Assembly (NCBI GenBank): GCA_038228295.1
Contig: JBBRPH010000002.1
Coordinates: forward strand, 39,293 to 103,292
Direction of reading: 5' to 3'
Source of the DNA: Chloroflexia bacterium
GTDB taxonomy: Bacteria > Chloroflexota > Chloroflexia > QHBQ01 > JAICKM01
DNA length: 64,000 nt
The notes under the pieces are model-generated. The model saw only the letters and a list, made by a program, of their open reading frames with translations, did no database searches and was not told the origin of the DNA. Positions 49,247 through 59,618 of the stretch are shown here, piece by piece. Within the stretch, counting starts at the first letter, position 1. Each line of letters opens with the position of its first letter. Position numbers and translations under genes: made by a program.

Positions 49247-49906
49247 ATGCGTCCATTGTTGCGTGCGTTCACAAAAGCGGTTGAGGACTGGTGGTACGGG
49301 ATGATCCCGTTCGCCGTCCTCAACCTGCTGTGGTTTGTCTGCGTTCTGACGGTAGTCGCCGGTCCGCCCGCGACTGCCGCGTTGCTTTCGGTTGCGCGCG
49401 ACGCAGCGATCGGGCAAGGCGCAGAGCCGAGCAGCTTTTTCTACGCTTTCCGCCGCCTGTTCTGGCGCAGTTGGCAGTTGGGCGCGTTCACCGCCGCCGG
49501 CACTTTCTTCTTGGTGCTCGACATCCGCTTTTACGGGTTGCTCCTGAGCGGCAATAGCTTGATCTACGGCATGGGCATGACGATGCTGGTCTACCTCCTA
49601 CTGCTCTGGTGCGAGGGGCTGCTGATCGCATGGCCGCTGCTGGTCAATCAGCCGCAAATGGCGCTACGCGACCTACTCCGCAACACGGTGGTCTTTATCC
49701 TACGTGCACCGCTGCTGAACCTGGGGCTGACGGCTATCGTCGCGCTACTCATGTTGTTCGGCCTGGTCGTCAGCTTCATCATTCCGCTGGCGCTCGGCTC
49801 CATCCTTGCCCTGCTCGTTCAGCACTATCTCCACCTCCAAGCTCCCACCCTCGCCGCCTGGCCGCCCTCACCCGGCGAGACGAGTGCGCCGAGTTCCGAG
49901 TTCTGA
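49247..49906 (+). CDS. DUF624/YesL-like membrane protein associated with sugar ABC operons
   Basis: 'AVEDWWYGMIPFAVLNLLWFVCVLTVVAGPPATAALLSVAR' resembles the YesL family. Its position after the permeases is typical. Confidence 0.65.
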   Translation: MRPLLRAFTKAVEDWWYGMIPFAVLNLLWFVCVLTVVAGPPATAALLSVARDAAIGQGAEPSSFFYAFRRLFWRSWQLGAFTAAGTFFLVLDIRFYGLLLSGNSLIYGMGMTMLVYLLLLWCEGLLIAWPLLVNQPQMALRDLLRNTVVFILRAPLLNLGLTAIVALLMLFGLVVSFIIPLALGSILALLVQHYLHLQAPTLAAWPPSPGETSAPSSEF

Positions 49907-49966
49907 GCTACGTGCGCCGCGCGGTTTATGCTTCACGCCACTCGCCCCACACAGCAAAGCAACCTA

Positions 49967-49980
49967 TGGTATAATAGAGC
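49967..49980 (+). promoter_or_regulatory. Extended -10 promoter core TGGTATAATAGAGC upstream of yvcK-like gene
   Basis: TGG-TATAAT (49967-49975) + AGAGC. Identical 14-mer to 37522-37509 (-). It implies a TSS near 49982, which excludes the tracked GTG 49984 start. Confidence 0.4.
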
Positions 49981-50076
49981 GCCGTGTTTATGGGCGATAG
50001 GGGAGGGGTAACATTGCCGCAGCAAGGGCAAAGCGCAGCACAGGATCAAGATCGGCGTAGCCGCACGGAGCGCGGC

Positions 50077-51408
50077 ATGAGCAATTGGCTGCCTGCCGGA
50101 TTAGGCTTGCGGCCGTGGGCGGCCTTGATGATCGTCGGCCTGGCAATATTGGCTATGGCGCTGGCGATGTTGTTGACCAACCTGTATCGAATGTTCATCT
50201 TGCCGCAAAGCGGTACGCCGCTGGTCTACGCCTTGTCGCTCCAATTTATTCCCCATCCCTGGCGCGAAATCCTGGTTGGCGGGGTCGGCGTGGCGTTGAC
50301 GCTGATCGGCTATCAGGGGCTGGCGCGGGCCGTGCGGGCGGCTAGTATCAGTGGGCGGCCGGTGGGGCGGCCGGCGGTGTTGGCCCCGTTGCGCCTGCAG
50401 CCGCCGCGCGACGGTATCCGCGTCGTTTCGGTCGGTGGTGGCACCGGCCAACCGACCGTGTTGCGAGGCTTCAAGCCGCACACCGACCATATCACCGCCG
50501 TGGTGACGGTCGCCGATGACGGCGGTTCATCAGGTCGGCTGCGTCGTGACCTCGGCATCCTGCCGCCCGGCGACTTCCGCAACTGCCTAGTGGCCCTCTC
50601 TGATGTGGAACCGCTACTGGAAGAGTTGTTCCAATATCGTTTCGGCGCCGATGCCGGCGATTTGCAAGGCCATCCCTTCGGCAACCTATTCCTAGTAGCG
50701 ATGGCCGGCGTGACCGGCGGCAATTTCGAGACGGCGATCCGCGAGTGTTCGCGCGTGCTGGCGGTGCGGGGCGATGTATTGCCCTCCACGCTGGCGAATG
50801 TCACGCTGCACGCCGAACTCGCCGACGGCACCATTATCTCCGGCGAGTCGCATCTGCCCAAAGGCAAAGCCGCTGTGCGGCGCGTTTTTCTCACGCCGGA
50901 GCAGCCGCACGGCTACCCCGACGCAGTGGCAGCCATTCTGGATGCCGACCTGATCGTGCTGGGGCCCGGATCGCTTTACACCAGCCTCATCCCCAACCTG
51001 CTGGTGCCCGACATCGTGCGTGCGGTGCGCTCGTCGCCGGCAGTCAAAGTCTATGTCTGCAATGTTGCTACCCAGCCCGGCGAAACCGATCAGTTCGGGG
51101 TGCTGGAACATATCCAGGCGTTGCGCGAACACGTTGGACCGGGCGTGTTCGACTATGTGTTGGTCAACGCCGACCTGACTCCGGCGGCGCATATCCGGCC
51201 GGAATGGCAGGTGCAGCCGGTTGTGGTGCCGCCCGACCTTGCCTACCCCGGCGTGGAGTTTGTGCGCGCCGCTGTGGTCAACCCCGACAACCCCCTGCGC
51301 CACGATCCCGCCCGACTGGCAACGGCGTTGTTACAGTTATATGAGGAGAAGCGCGGGCGCGGCGCAGGCCGCGCTAACGGCTATCTCCCCCAAGAAGCCC
51401 ACCTGTAG
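50077..51408 (+). CDS. yvcK: YvcK/CofD-family gluconeogenesis-factor-like protein with ~114-aa two-TM N-terminal extension
   Basis: 'VVSVGGGTGQPTVLRGFK...ITAVVTVADDGGSSGRLRRDLGILPPGD.RNCLVALS' is the UPF0052/YvcK signature. ATG 50077 lies 6 nt after GGAG. Confidence 0.85.
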   Translation: MSNWLPAGLGLRPWAALMIVGLAILAMALAMLLTNLYRMFILPQSGTPLVYALSLQFIPHPWREILVGGVGVALTLIGYQGLARAVRAASISGRPVGRPAVLAPLRLQPPRDGIRVVSVGGGTGQPTVLRGFKPHTDHITAVVTVADDGGSSGRLRRDLGILPPGDFRNCLVALSDVEPLLEELFQYRFGADAGDLQGHPFGNLFLVAMAGVTGGNFETAIRECSRVLAVRGDVLPSTLANVTLHAELADGTIISGESHLPKGKAAVRRVFLTPEQPHGYPDAVAAILDADLIVLGPGSLYTSLIPNLLVPDIVRAVRSSPAVKVYVCNVATQPGETDQFGVLEHIQALREHVGPGVFDYVLVNADLTPAAHIRPEWQVQPVVVPPDLAYPGVEFVRAAVVNPDNPLRHDPARLATALLQLYEEKRGRGAGRANGYLPQEAHL

Positions 51409-52503
<1,095 letters not shown>

Positions 52504-52513
52504 GACGTGATTA

Positions 52514-52596
52514 CACCACCAACGCACACCAGACACCAAGCGTTTTCACCGCAAGCGACCTATTGCATTCTTTGTGTCTAGTGCGCGTTGGTGGTG
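52514..52596 (+). promoter_or_regulatory. Long (23-bp, 2 mismatches) hairpin followed by a U-rich tract between gap and pgk: attenuator/processing-site candidate
   Basis: CACCACCAACGCACACCAGACAC (52514-52536) pairs with GTGTCTAGTGCGCGTTGGTGGTG (52574-52596). It is followed by CCACTTTCTTTTGT, then the RBS GGAG and GTG 52622. Confidence 0.5.
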
Positions 52597-52621
52597 CCAC
52601 TTTCTTTTGTAGGAGACTACC

Positions 52622-53818
52622 GTGGTAAAACGCACGATAGACGACCTTGAGCTACAGGGTAAACGCGCCCTCGTCCGCGTGGACTTCAATGTACCGCTTG
52701 ATAAGCAGAGCGGCGCGATCACGGATGATACCCGTATCCGCGCCGCCTTGCCGACGATTCATGCGCTGCTGGAGCGCGGCGCATCGGTCATCTTGATGTC
52801 GCACCTGGGCCGCCCCAAAGGGGTGACCCCCAGCCTGTCGCTGGCTCCTATCGCCGCACGCCTGTGTGAACTACTACCCGGCGTGGCAGTGGCCTTCGCC
52901 CTTGACTGCGTGGGACCGCAAGCTACGGCGGCCGCCCAGGCGCTGCAACCGGGCAGTATCTTGCTGCTGGAAAATCTACGCTACCACCCCGAAGAAGAGG
53001 CCAACGATCCGGCTTTCGCTGCCCAACTGGCCGCGCTGGGGGATGTGTATGTCAATGATGCGTTCGGCAGCGCACACCGGGCCCATGCTTCGACTGAAGG
53101 CGTGGCTCACCTGCGACCCGCCGCGCTGGGTTTGCTGATGGAGCGGGAAGTAGCGATTATGGGTGCGGCGCTGGAGTCGCCGGCCCGCCCATTTGTGGCG
53201 GTGCTGGGCGGCGCCAAAGTCAGCGATAAGATGGGCGTGATCACCAACCTGCTGGGCAAGGTGGACAGCTTGCTGATCGGCGGCGGTATGGCGAACACCT
53301 TTCTGGCCGCGCAGGGCTACGACGTCGGCGACTCGTTGCTGGAGGCCGACCGGGTGGCCGAAGCCGGCGGGCTGATCCGGCAGGCACAGGAGCGTGGCGT
53401 AGCCCTGTTGCTGCCCGACGACGTGGTGATTGCGAGCGCCTTTGCCGCTGATGCCGAGAGCCGCGTGGTCGCCGCCGATGCAGTGCCCACCGGTTGGCGT
53501 ATCCTCGACATTGGCCCGGCGACCACGCGACGCTATGTTGCCGCCGTCCTCACTGCGCGCACAGTAGTCTGGAACGGGCCGATGGGCGTGTTCGAGTTTC
53601 CGCGCTTTGCCGCCGGTACGCACGCGCTGGCCCAGGCCGCCGCCGCCGCCACCCACGCCGGCGCGACCACGATCATCGGCGGCGGCGACTCGGTGGCCGC
53701 CGTGGAAGAAGCGGGCTTGGCAGATCAGATCAGTCATATCTCAACCGGTGGCGGCGCGTCGCTGGAGTTTTTGGAAGGCCACACCCTACCCGGCGTCGCC
53801 GCCGTCGGAGAGCGCTAG
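52622..53818 (+). CDS. pgk: Phosphoglycerate kinase
   Basis: 'RVDFNVP', 'MSHLGRPKG', '[13 protein letters not shown]'. Confidence 0.95.
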   Translation: MVKRTIDDLELQGKRALVRVDFNVPLDKQSGAITDDTRIRAALPTIHALLERGASVILMSHLGRPKGVTPSLSLAPIAARLCELLPGVAVAFALDCVGPQATAAAQALQPGSILLLENLRYHPEEEANDPAFAAQLAALGDVYVNDAFGSAHRAHASTEGVAHLRPAALGLLMEREVAIMGAALESPARPFVAVLGGAKVSDKMGVITNLLGKVDSLLIGGGMANTFLAAQGYDVGDSLLEADRVAEAGGLIRQAQERGVALLLPDDVVIASAFAADAESRVVAADAVPTGWRILDIGPATTRRYVAAVLTARTVVWNGPMGVFEFPRFAAGTHALAQAAAAATHAGATTIIGGGDSVAAVEEAGLADQISHISTGGGASLEFLEGHTLPGVAAVGER

Positions 53819-53820
53819 CT

Positions 53821-54594
53821 ATGCCCAGTCCCCGCCTGCCGATCATCGCCGGCAACTGGAAAATGCACACCACGCCCGACGAAGCGATGGTGCTTGTTGA
53901 AGATATGCTGGACGATCTCGAATCCATCGAAGCGGTTGAGATCGTCCTCTGCCCCCCGGTGATCAGCTTGGTATTAGTAGCTGAAATGCTGGGCGACAGC
54001 TCGGTGTTGCTTGGCGCGCAAAATATGTATTGGGCCAATAGCGGCGCCTACACCGGCGAGATCGCGCCGCCTATGTTGGCGCCCTACTGCCGCTATGTTA
54101 TTCTCGGCCACTCGGAACGGCGCAACCTGTTTGGTGAAACCGACGAGATGGTAGCGCGTAAAGTGCAGGCCGCGCTGGCCCACGGTCTGCAGCCTATCGT
54201 CTGCGTAGGCGAAAACCTGCTGGAGAACCAGGCGCATGAACGCGCCGCTGTGCTGGACCGTCAAGTACGGGCCGTCTTCACCGGCCTGGACCCGGCACAA
54301 GCACATGATTGCGTGATCGCCTATGAGCCGATCTGGGCCATCGGCACGGGACTCGCCGCCACGGCCCTGGATGCCCAATTGGCGATCCACGGCATCCGCG
54401 ACCTGCTGGGTTACTTGGTCGGCTCGGCCACCGCCGCCGCCATACGCATCCAGTACGGCGGCAGTGTTACTGCCGCCAACGCTGCCGAGTTACTGGCTCA
54501 GCCCGATATAGACGGTGCGCTGGTCGGTGGGGCCAGCCTCAAAGCCGCCGACTTCGTGCGGATTTGCGCCCTGGCCCAGCAAGCCAAGCACTAG
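53821..54594 (+). CDS. tpiA: Triosephosphate isomerase
   Basis: 'IIAGNWKMH', 'GHSERR', 'IAYEPIWAIGTG'. ATG 53821 (the tracked ORF 53494 is an extension inside pgk). Confidence 0.95.
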   Translation: MPSPRLPIIAGNWKMHTTPDEAMVLVEDMLDDLESIEAVEIVLCPPVISLVLVAEMLGDSSVLLGAQNMYWANSGAYTGEIAPPMLAPYCRYVILGHSERRNLFGETDEMVARKVQAALAHGLQPIVCVGENLLENQAHERAAVLDRQVRAVFTGLDPAQAHDCVIAYEPIWAIGTGLAATALDAQLAIHGIRDLLGYLVGSATAAAIRIQYGGSVTAANAAELLAQPDIDGALVGGASLKAADFVRICALAQQAKH

Positions 54595-54645
54595 CCGCAT
54601 CTTGTCCCGATGCGTCAACCCAGCGCTGCTCAACCTCTTTCCCAC

Positions 54646-54801
54646 GCTCAGTTCCTCTTTATCTACCAGGAGGTAGTAATAAAACGAGCCTTTCGGTGCG
54701 CCGCTTTTCCTTAGGATCTGGTTCAGCCTGGTCGCATGATAACCTTGTGCTTCCAGCAGGGCAGCGGTGGTTGCGATAATTTGTTCATGCATATTGCTCA
54801 A
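54646..54801 (-). pseudogene. Truncated TetR/AcrR-family N-terminal HTH remnant
   Basis: 'MHEQIIATTAALLEAQGYHATRLNQILRKSGAPKGSFYYYL..KEEL' matches the TetR HTH region. The ligand-binding domain is missing: the ORF runs antisense into tpiA. The flanking region is unusually AT-rich. Confidence 0.5.
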
Positions 54802-55131
54802 GCCCGTATTGTAGCAACTGATCTATATAAGATTAAGCCTTACCTATCGGCTGTTAGATCCCAACTATTCCTGAAGATTTTGCGGTACAATAGACTCGGT
54901 AAACACTTGTCTACTGATAGCGCCCTGCCTCAGCAGGTCAGCGGCGTAGTATATGCCTGCCGTTTGGCGGCATGGTGAAAGTGTTACTGCAGGAAAGGAG
55001 TGGTTTACAGCTTGACCCCGACCTGTCTAGTCGCTAACGGAGCGTAAAGGCAGGCGTGTTGCTGGATCCAGGCAACGATGGAACACGATCTACCCTACTT
55101 CACTGTCTATTGGCTGAAGGAGATACTACTC

Positions 55132-57861
55132 ATGCGTCGTCTTATAATCTTCGTGCCGGTATTGTTGCTGCTTGCCATGGTCTTGATTTTGGCGAACCAC
55201 GAACACAGCACCCTCCATGCCGCACCGGCTCCTGCTGCACCGCCGCCGGCAAACACTGCTGCTCCGCTGTGGCGCACGGTGGCCGAAACCGACTTCGTGG
55301 TGCGGGGTACGCGCCTAATCACACCTGCGGTCTATCGTACCACGGCTCTTGACGAGCCGGCCCTGAGCACTGTGCTGGCCCAAGCGCCGCTGGAGAACAC
55401 GGTCACCCATGGCGCGGGCGTGCTACTCAGCCTGCCGCTGCCCGACGGCACTCTGGCGCGCTTCCGTGTGGTCGAGGCGCCGATCATGGCCCCCGCACTG
55501 ACCGCGCAATTCCCGCAGATCCGGACCTATCTGGGCCAGGGCATAGACGATCCGACTGCCACGCTGCGCTTCGACCGCACGCCGGCCGGCTTCCATGCCT
55601 TGATCCTGGGTGCAAGCGGGTCTATTTTCATAGATCCCTATAGCCGCAACGATACCACGCACTACATCAGTTATTTCGCCAAAGACTACACCCTGCCGCC
55701 CGGCTCACATTTCGCGGAACTGGGAATGGTCCAGACGCAGCCGTTGACCCCGCACCTACCGCACCCGGCCGTTGCCGCCGGTCCCACGCTACGAACCTAC
55801 CGTCTAGCGCTGGCCGCCGACGGCGAATACACCCAGTTCTCCGGCGGCACCGTTCCTGCGGCGTTGGCGGCGATGGTTACCACCATGAACCGCGTGGACG
55901 GTGTGTATGAGCGCGAACTGGCGATCCGCCTCGTGTTGATCGCTAACGAAACCGCCATCATCTACACCAATCCGACCACTGACCCCTACACCAACGACAA
56001 TGGCGAGACGATGCTCACGGAGAACCAGAACAACCTGGACACGGTGATCGGTAATGCCAACTATGACATCGGCCATGTGTTCAGCACCGGCGGCGGTGGT
56101 ATCGCCGGCTTGGGCGTGATTTGTAGCACCCAATTCAAAGGGCAGGGCGTGACCGGCAAAACCGATCCGGTCGGCGATCCTTTTGATATTGACTACGTGG
56201 CACACGAAATGGGTCACCAATCGGGAGCTAATCACCCCTTTAACGCCACCACCGGCAGTTGCGGCGGCAACCGCAGCGACACAACGGCCTATGAACCAGG
56301 CAGCGGCTCCACCATCATGTCCTATGCGGGCATCTGTGGGGCCGAAGACCTGCAACGACATAGCGATCCCTACTTCCACACCATCAGCTTCGATCAGATC
56401 ATGGATTATACGACGAACGGCACGGGCGCGACCTGTGCGGCCACCAGCGCGACCGGTAACCACGCGCCGGTACCCAATGCGGGGGCGAGTTACACGATCC
56501 CGCAGCAGACCGCCTTTCGCCTGACCGGCAGCGCCACGGATGCCGATGGCGATGCCCTCACCTACGGCTGGGAGCAATTTAACCTCGGCGCGGCGGCCCC
56601 GCCCGATACGGATGACGGGTCCCGCCCGATCTTCCGCTCGTTCAACCCCACGACCAGCCCCATCCATCTCTTCCCCCAACTGACCAGCATCCTGAGCAGC
56701 ACCACGATCTTGGGTGAGTCGCTACCGACGACCAACCGCACGTTGACCTTCCGCCTGACGGTGCGCGACAACCGCGCCGGCGGCGGCGGGGTGGATCATG
56801 CCACGGTCAATATTCCGGTGACGACCAGTGCGGGACCGTTCCGCGTTACGGCGCCCAACACTGCCGTGACCTGGCCGGCGGCCAGCAGCCAGACTGTTAC
56901 CTGGAATGTGGCAAACACCACCGCCGCCCCGGTTAGCTGCCCCGCCGTCAACATCGTGCTGTCCTACGACGGCGGCTATAGCTTCCCGGCGACCCTAGCG
57001 GCAGGCGCCCCCAATAACGGTACCGCGCAAATCACCGTGCCGAACATTGACACGGCACAGGCCCGCGTGCAGGTGGCCTGCGCCAATAACATCTTCTTCG
57101 ACATCTCGCGGAGTGATTTCACCATCAGCGGCGGTGTTACCGCAACCGCGACCACCACACCAGCGGCCGGCACCGCCACCGCCACGCCGCTTGCCGGCAC
57201 CGCGACCGTCACACCGCCCGCCGGCACCGCCACCGCCACGTCCTGCGCGATCCGCTTCACGGATGTGACGGATACAAGTGCCTACTACTATCAAGGGGTA
57301 TACTACCTAGCCTGTCGTGGGGTGATCAGCGGCTACAGCGACGGCACGTTCAAGCCGTTCAACAACACCACGCGCGCCCAGATGACCAAGATCGTCACGT
57401 TGGCCTTCAATATCGCGCTCGTGACTCCCCCCGCGACCGGCACTTTCGCCGATGTGGACCCTAGCAGCGTCTTCTATCAGTTGGTCGAGACCGCTGCCGC
57501 ACGAGGCATCGTCAGCGGCTATAGCTGCGGCGGGGTCAATCCCCAAACGGGAGCCGACGAACCGTGTGACACCGGCAGCCGCCCCTACTTCCGCCCCAAC
57601 AACGCGGTGACGCGCGGGCAGTTGGCAAAAATCGTGGTGATTGGGGCCGGCTGGGCACTGCGTACTCCGGCGACGCCGAACTTCAGCGATGTGCCCACTA
57701 GTAGCGTGTTCTATTCGTTCATCGAGACAGCGGTCTGCCACGGCGCGGTGGGCGGCTACAGCGACAGCACGTTCCGCCCCAACAACTACGCCTTCCGCGG
57801 CCAAATCGCCAAGATCGTCTACCTGGCCGTCACCAATCCACCCGGCATATGTGCACCGTAG
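55132..57861 (+). CDS. Secreted metzincin (reprolysin/M12B-like) zinc metalloprotease with three C-terminal SLH domains
   Basis: 'HEMGHQSGANH' (HExxHxxGxxH). Signal/TM 'MRRLIIFVPVLLLLAMVLILA'. SLH repeats ('FTDVTDTSAYYYQGVYYL..', 'FADVDPSSVFYQLVETA..', 'FSDVPTSSVFYSFIETA..'). ATG 55132 lies 9 nt after AAGGAG. Confidence 0.85.
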   Translation: MRRLIIFVPVLLLLAMVLILANHEHSTLHAAPAPAAPPPANTAAPLWRTVAETDFVVRGTRLITPAVYRTTALDEPALSTVLAQAPLENTVTHGAGVLLSLPLPDGTLARFRVVEAPIMAPALTAQFPQIRTYLGQGIDDPTATLRFDRTPAGFHALILGASGSIFIDPYSRNDTTHYISYFAKDYTLPPGSHFAELGMVQTQPLTPHLPHPAVAAGPTLRTYRLALAADGEYTQFSGGTVPAALAAMVTTMNRVDGVYERELAIRLVLIANETAIIYTNPTTDPYTNDNGETMLTENQNNLDTVIGNANYDIGHVFSTGGGGIAGLGVICSTQFKGQGVTGKTDPVGDPFDIDYVAHEMGHQSGANHPFNATTGSCGGNRSDTTAYEPGSGSTIMSYAGICGAEDLQRHSDPYFHTISFDQIMDYTTNGTGATCAATSATGNHAPVPNAGASYTIPQQTAFRLTGSATDADGDALTYGWEQFNLGAAAPPDTDDGSRPIFRSFNPTTSPIHLFPQLTSILSSTTILGESLPTTNRTLTFRLTVRDNRAGGGGVDHATVNIPVTTSAGPFRVTAPNTAVTWPAASSQTVTWNVANTTAAPVSCPAVNIVLSYDGGYSFPATLAAGAPNNGTAQITVPNIDTAQARVQVACANNIFFDISRSDFTISGGVTATATTTPAAGTATATPLAGTATVTPPAGTATATSCAIRFTDVTDTSAYYYQGVYYLACRGVISGYSDGTFKPFNNTTRAQMTKIVTLAFNIALVTPPATGTFADVDPSSVFYQLVETAAARGIVSGYSCGGVNPQTGADEPCDTGSRPYFRPNNAVTRGQLAKIVVIGAGWALRTPATPNFSDVPTSSVFYSFIETAVCHGAVGGYSDSTFRPNNYAFRGQIAKIVYLAVTNPPGICAP

Positions 57862-57898
57862 GTATAACGCCTCTCTGCTAACCCCGTATGGACCACGC

Positions 57899-57934
57899 AA
57901 ACCGCCGGCGCACATTTCGTGCGCCGGCGGTTTT
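57899..57934. terminator. Bidirectional rho-independent terminator between convergent genes
   Basis: AAACCGCCGGCGCAC, loop ATTTC, GTGCGCCGGCGGTTTT: 13-15-bp GC-rich stem flanked by an A run and a T run. Confidence 0.75.
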
Positions 57935-57966
57935 AGTAGAGAACCTGTGACAGGGCGTAATGCCGG

Positions 57967-59217
57967 CTAATACAGCCGGGGCAGATTCTTTTTCCAGCCG
58001 GCGGGCAGCAGCACATCCAGCACATCGTCTACCGTGACGATGCCGAGCATTCCGCGCGTGTTGCCGACAACGGGTACGGCCAACAGATCATACTTGGTCA
58101 GCACACCGGCCACTTCAGCTTGCGGCGTTTGTGCGTTGACGCTGATCACCGGCGTGGTCATAAACTCGCGCACCGGCGCGTCGGGGGCGGCCACGATCAG
58201 GTCACGCAGCGAGAACACGCCGATCAATGTTTCGTCGGCCTCGGTGACGTAGATGTAATAGCTCTCCACTTCAGCGGTCTGGCGCACGTAATCCATCGCT
58301 TGCGTCGCCGTTAGGTCGGGTAGCACCGTCAGGTAGTCGGTGGTCATACGCCCGCCCGCGCTCTCTTCGGGGTAGGCCAGCAGTTCGCGCACATCGGCGG
58401 CTTCCACCGGCTCCATGTGAGCCAACAGTTCGGCGGCGCGGCCCTCCGACAGATCGGCCAGCAGGTCGGCGGCCTCGTCGGGTGGCATCCGATCAAGAAT
58501 ATCGGCGGCGTGTTCGGTGTCGAGATGTTCGATCAACTGGGCTTGTGAGGCGGGTTCGACTTCTTGCAAGGTATCGGCGGCGGTTTCGGCATCGAGGCTG
58601 GACAGCAGATAGCCGCCGGCGGCTTGATCAAGCTGCTCCACGATGTCGGCCAGATCCGCCGGGTGCATACGCCCCAGCGCAGTGTGATCGGTCTTGAGCG
58701 GGATACCCGCCGGCCCAATCGCCACCGGGTCCAGTTGGTTCCAGGGGATGCAACCGTCGCCCAGTGCCTTGTCGCGGTGTAGCAGGCGCAACACGCTGCC
58801 GGCTGGCCCTTCGAGGCCCAAGCGGCGCAGCATGGCGCGTGGGGTCGAATCAATGCCGACCAGCCGGTAGTGGCCGTTGGTGCGTGCCAGTTGCAGATCG
58901 TGGACGCGCACAACGCGCCGGCCATGCACGTCAATGATCTGACGGTCCATCACCTGCTGGGCTAAGCCGATTTCGTCGCCGCGCGCCTCATACATCGCCA
59001 GATCGCGCAACCGTTCGCGCAGCACGATCCCGCCGTTGTCGAGTGCCGAAATATCTACGGCAGCGATCAGAAAGTCGCCGTTCTGGCGGTGCAGGCCGAT
59101 AGCAACCACGGCGGGAAAGCCCTCTACCGGGTCCACATACACATCGCTGCATTTGCCGACGGTTTCGCCCCGCCCGTCGCGCACGGGCCGGTTCAGCAGT
59201 TCACTCAAGAAGGGCAC
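57967..59217 (-). CDS. PRC-barrel + MgtE N-terminal domain + CBS-pair protein (no MgtE membrane domain)
   Basis: 'LLNRPVRDGRGETVGKCSDVYVD' (PRC-barrel-like). 'HLDTEHAADILDRMPPDEAADLLADLSEGRAAELLAHMEPVEAADVRELLAYPEESAGGRMTTDY' (MgtE_N). Two CBS motifs. The protein ends right after them. GTG 59217 lies 8 nt after AGGAGG; the tracked start 59226 abuts the RBS. Confidence 0.8.
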   Translation of the reverse strand: MPFLSELLNRPVRDGRGETVGKCSDVYVDPVEGFPAVVAIGLHRQNGDFLIAAVDISALDNGGIVLRERLRDLAMYEARGDEIGLAQQVMDRQIIDVHGRRVVRVHDLQLARTNGHYRLVGIDSTPRAMLRRLGLEGPAGSVLRLLHRDKALGDGCIPWNQLDPVAIGPAGIPLKTDHTALGRMHPADLADIVEQLDQAAGGYLLSSLDAETAADTLQEVEPASQAQLIEHLDTEHAADILDRMPPDEAADLLADLSEGRAAELLAHMEPVEAADVRELLAYPEESAGGRMTTDYLTVLPDLTATQAMDYVRQTAEVESYYIYVTEADETLIGVFSLRDLIVAAPDAPVREFMTTPVISVNAQTPQAEVAGVLTKYDLLAVPVVGNTRGMLGIVTVDDVLDVLLPAGWKKNLPRLY

Positions 59218-59502
59218 AGATTCCACCTCCTTTCTCCGCTTGCACGCGGCGACAGGAGTGGGGCGGCGCAGGGCCGCCTGGGGAAGCTAGCGGTGGAAGG
59301 CCGGTAGCAGTGAGGCGGTCCGACAATCGAGCGCTTGTCCGCCCGACCGATGGTCCCATGCACCCTGTCGTCGGGTGCGATTATTTAACTGATGCGAGTT
59401 ATGCAACGGTGTCGCCCACGGGGCCGTCTGTCGTGCGCCGGCGATGTCCCGGCTCGACGTGGGCTGTCTACCTGGACCGCAGTCCATATAAGCTACCCTG
59501 CG

Positions 59503-59613
59503 CTTTCGTTAGCGAACTTTCCGCCGCCTAGCGCCCGCCGTCCAACGGCGGGTACAGAGCCGACACACCGGCCGGCTTGGAATTGCGGCATGGAATGGAA
59601 AGTTCTCACCTAG
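59503..59613 (-). promoter_or_regulatory. Structured 5' leader element with M-box-like terminal motifs (riboswitch candidate)
   Basis: The minus-strand RNA starts at the predicted TSS: CUAGGUGAGAACUUUCC...GGAAAGUUCGCUAACGAAAG. A 9-bp closing helix (59605-59597 / 59522-59514) encloses GCCGC/GCGGC, AGCCG/CGGCU and CCCGCCG/CGGCGGG helices. 'AGGUGAG' and 'GCUAA' recall the ykoK/M-box ends, but the element is shorter than canonical. Confidence 0.3.
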
Positions 59614-59618
59614 TACCC

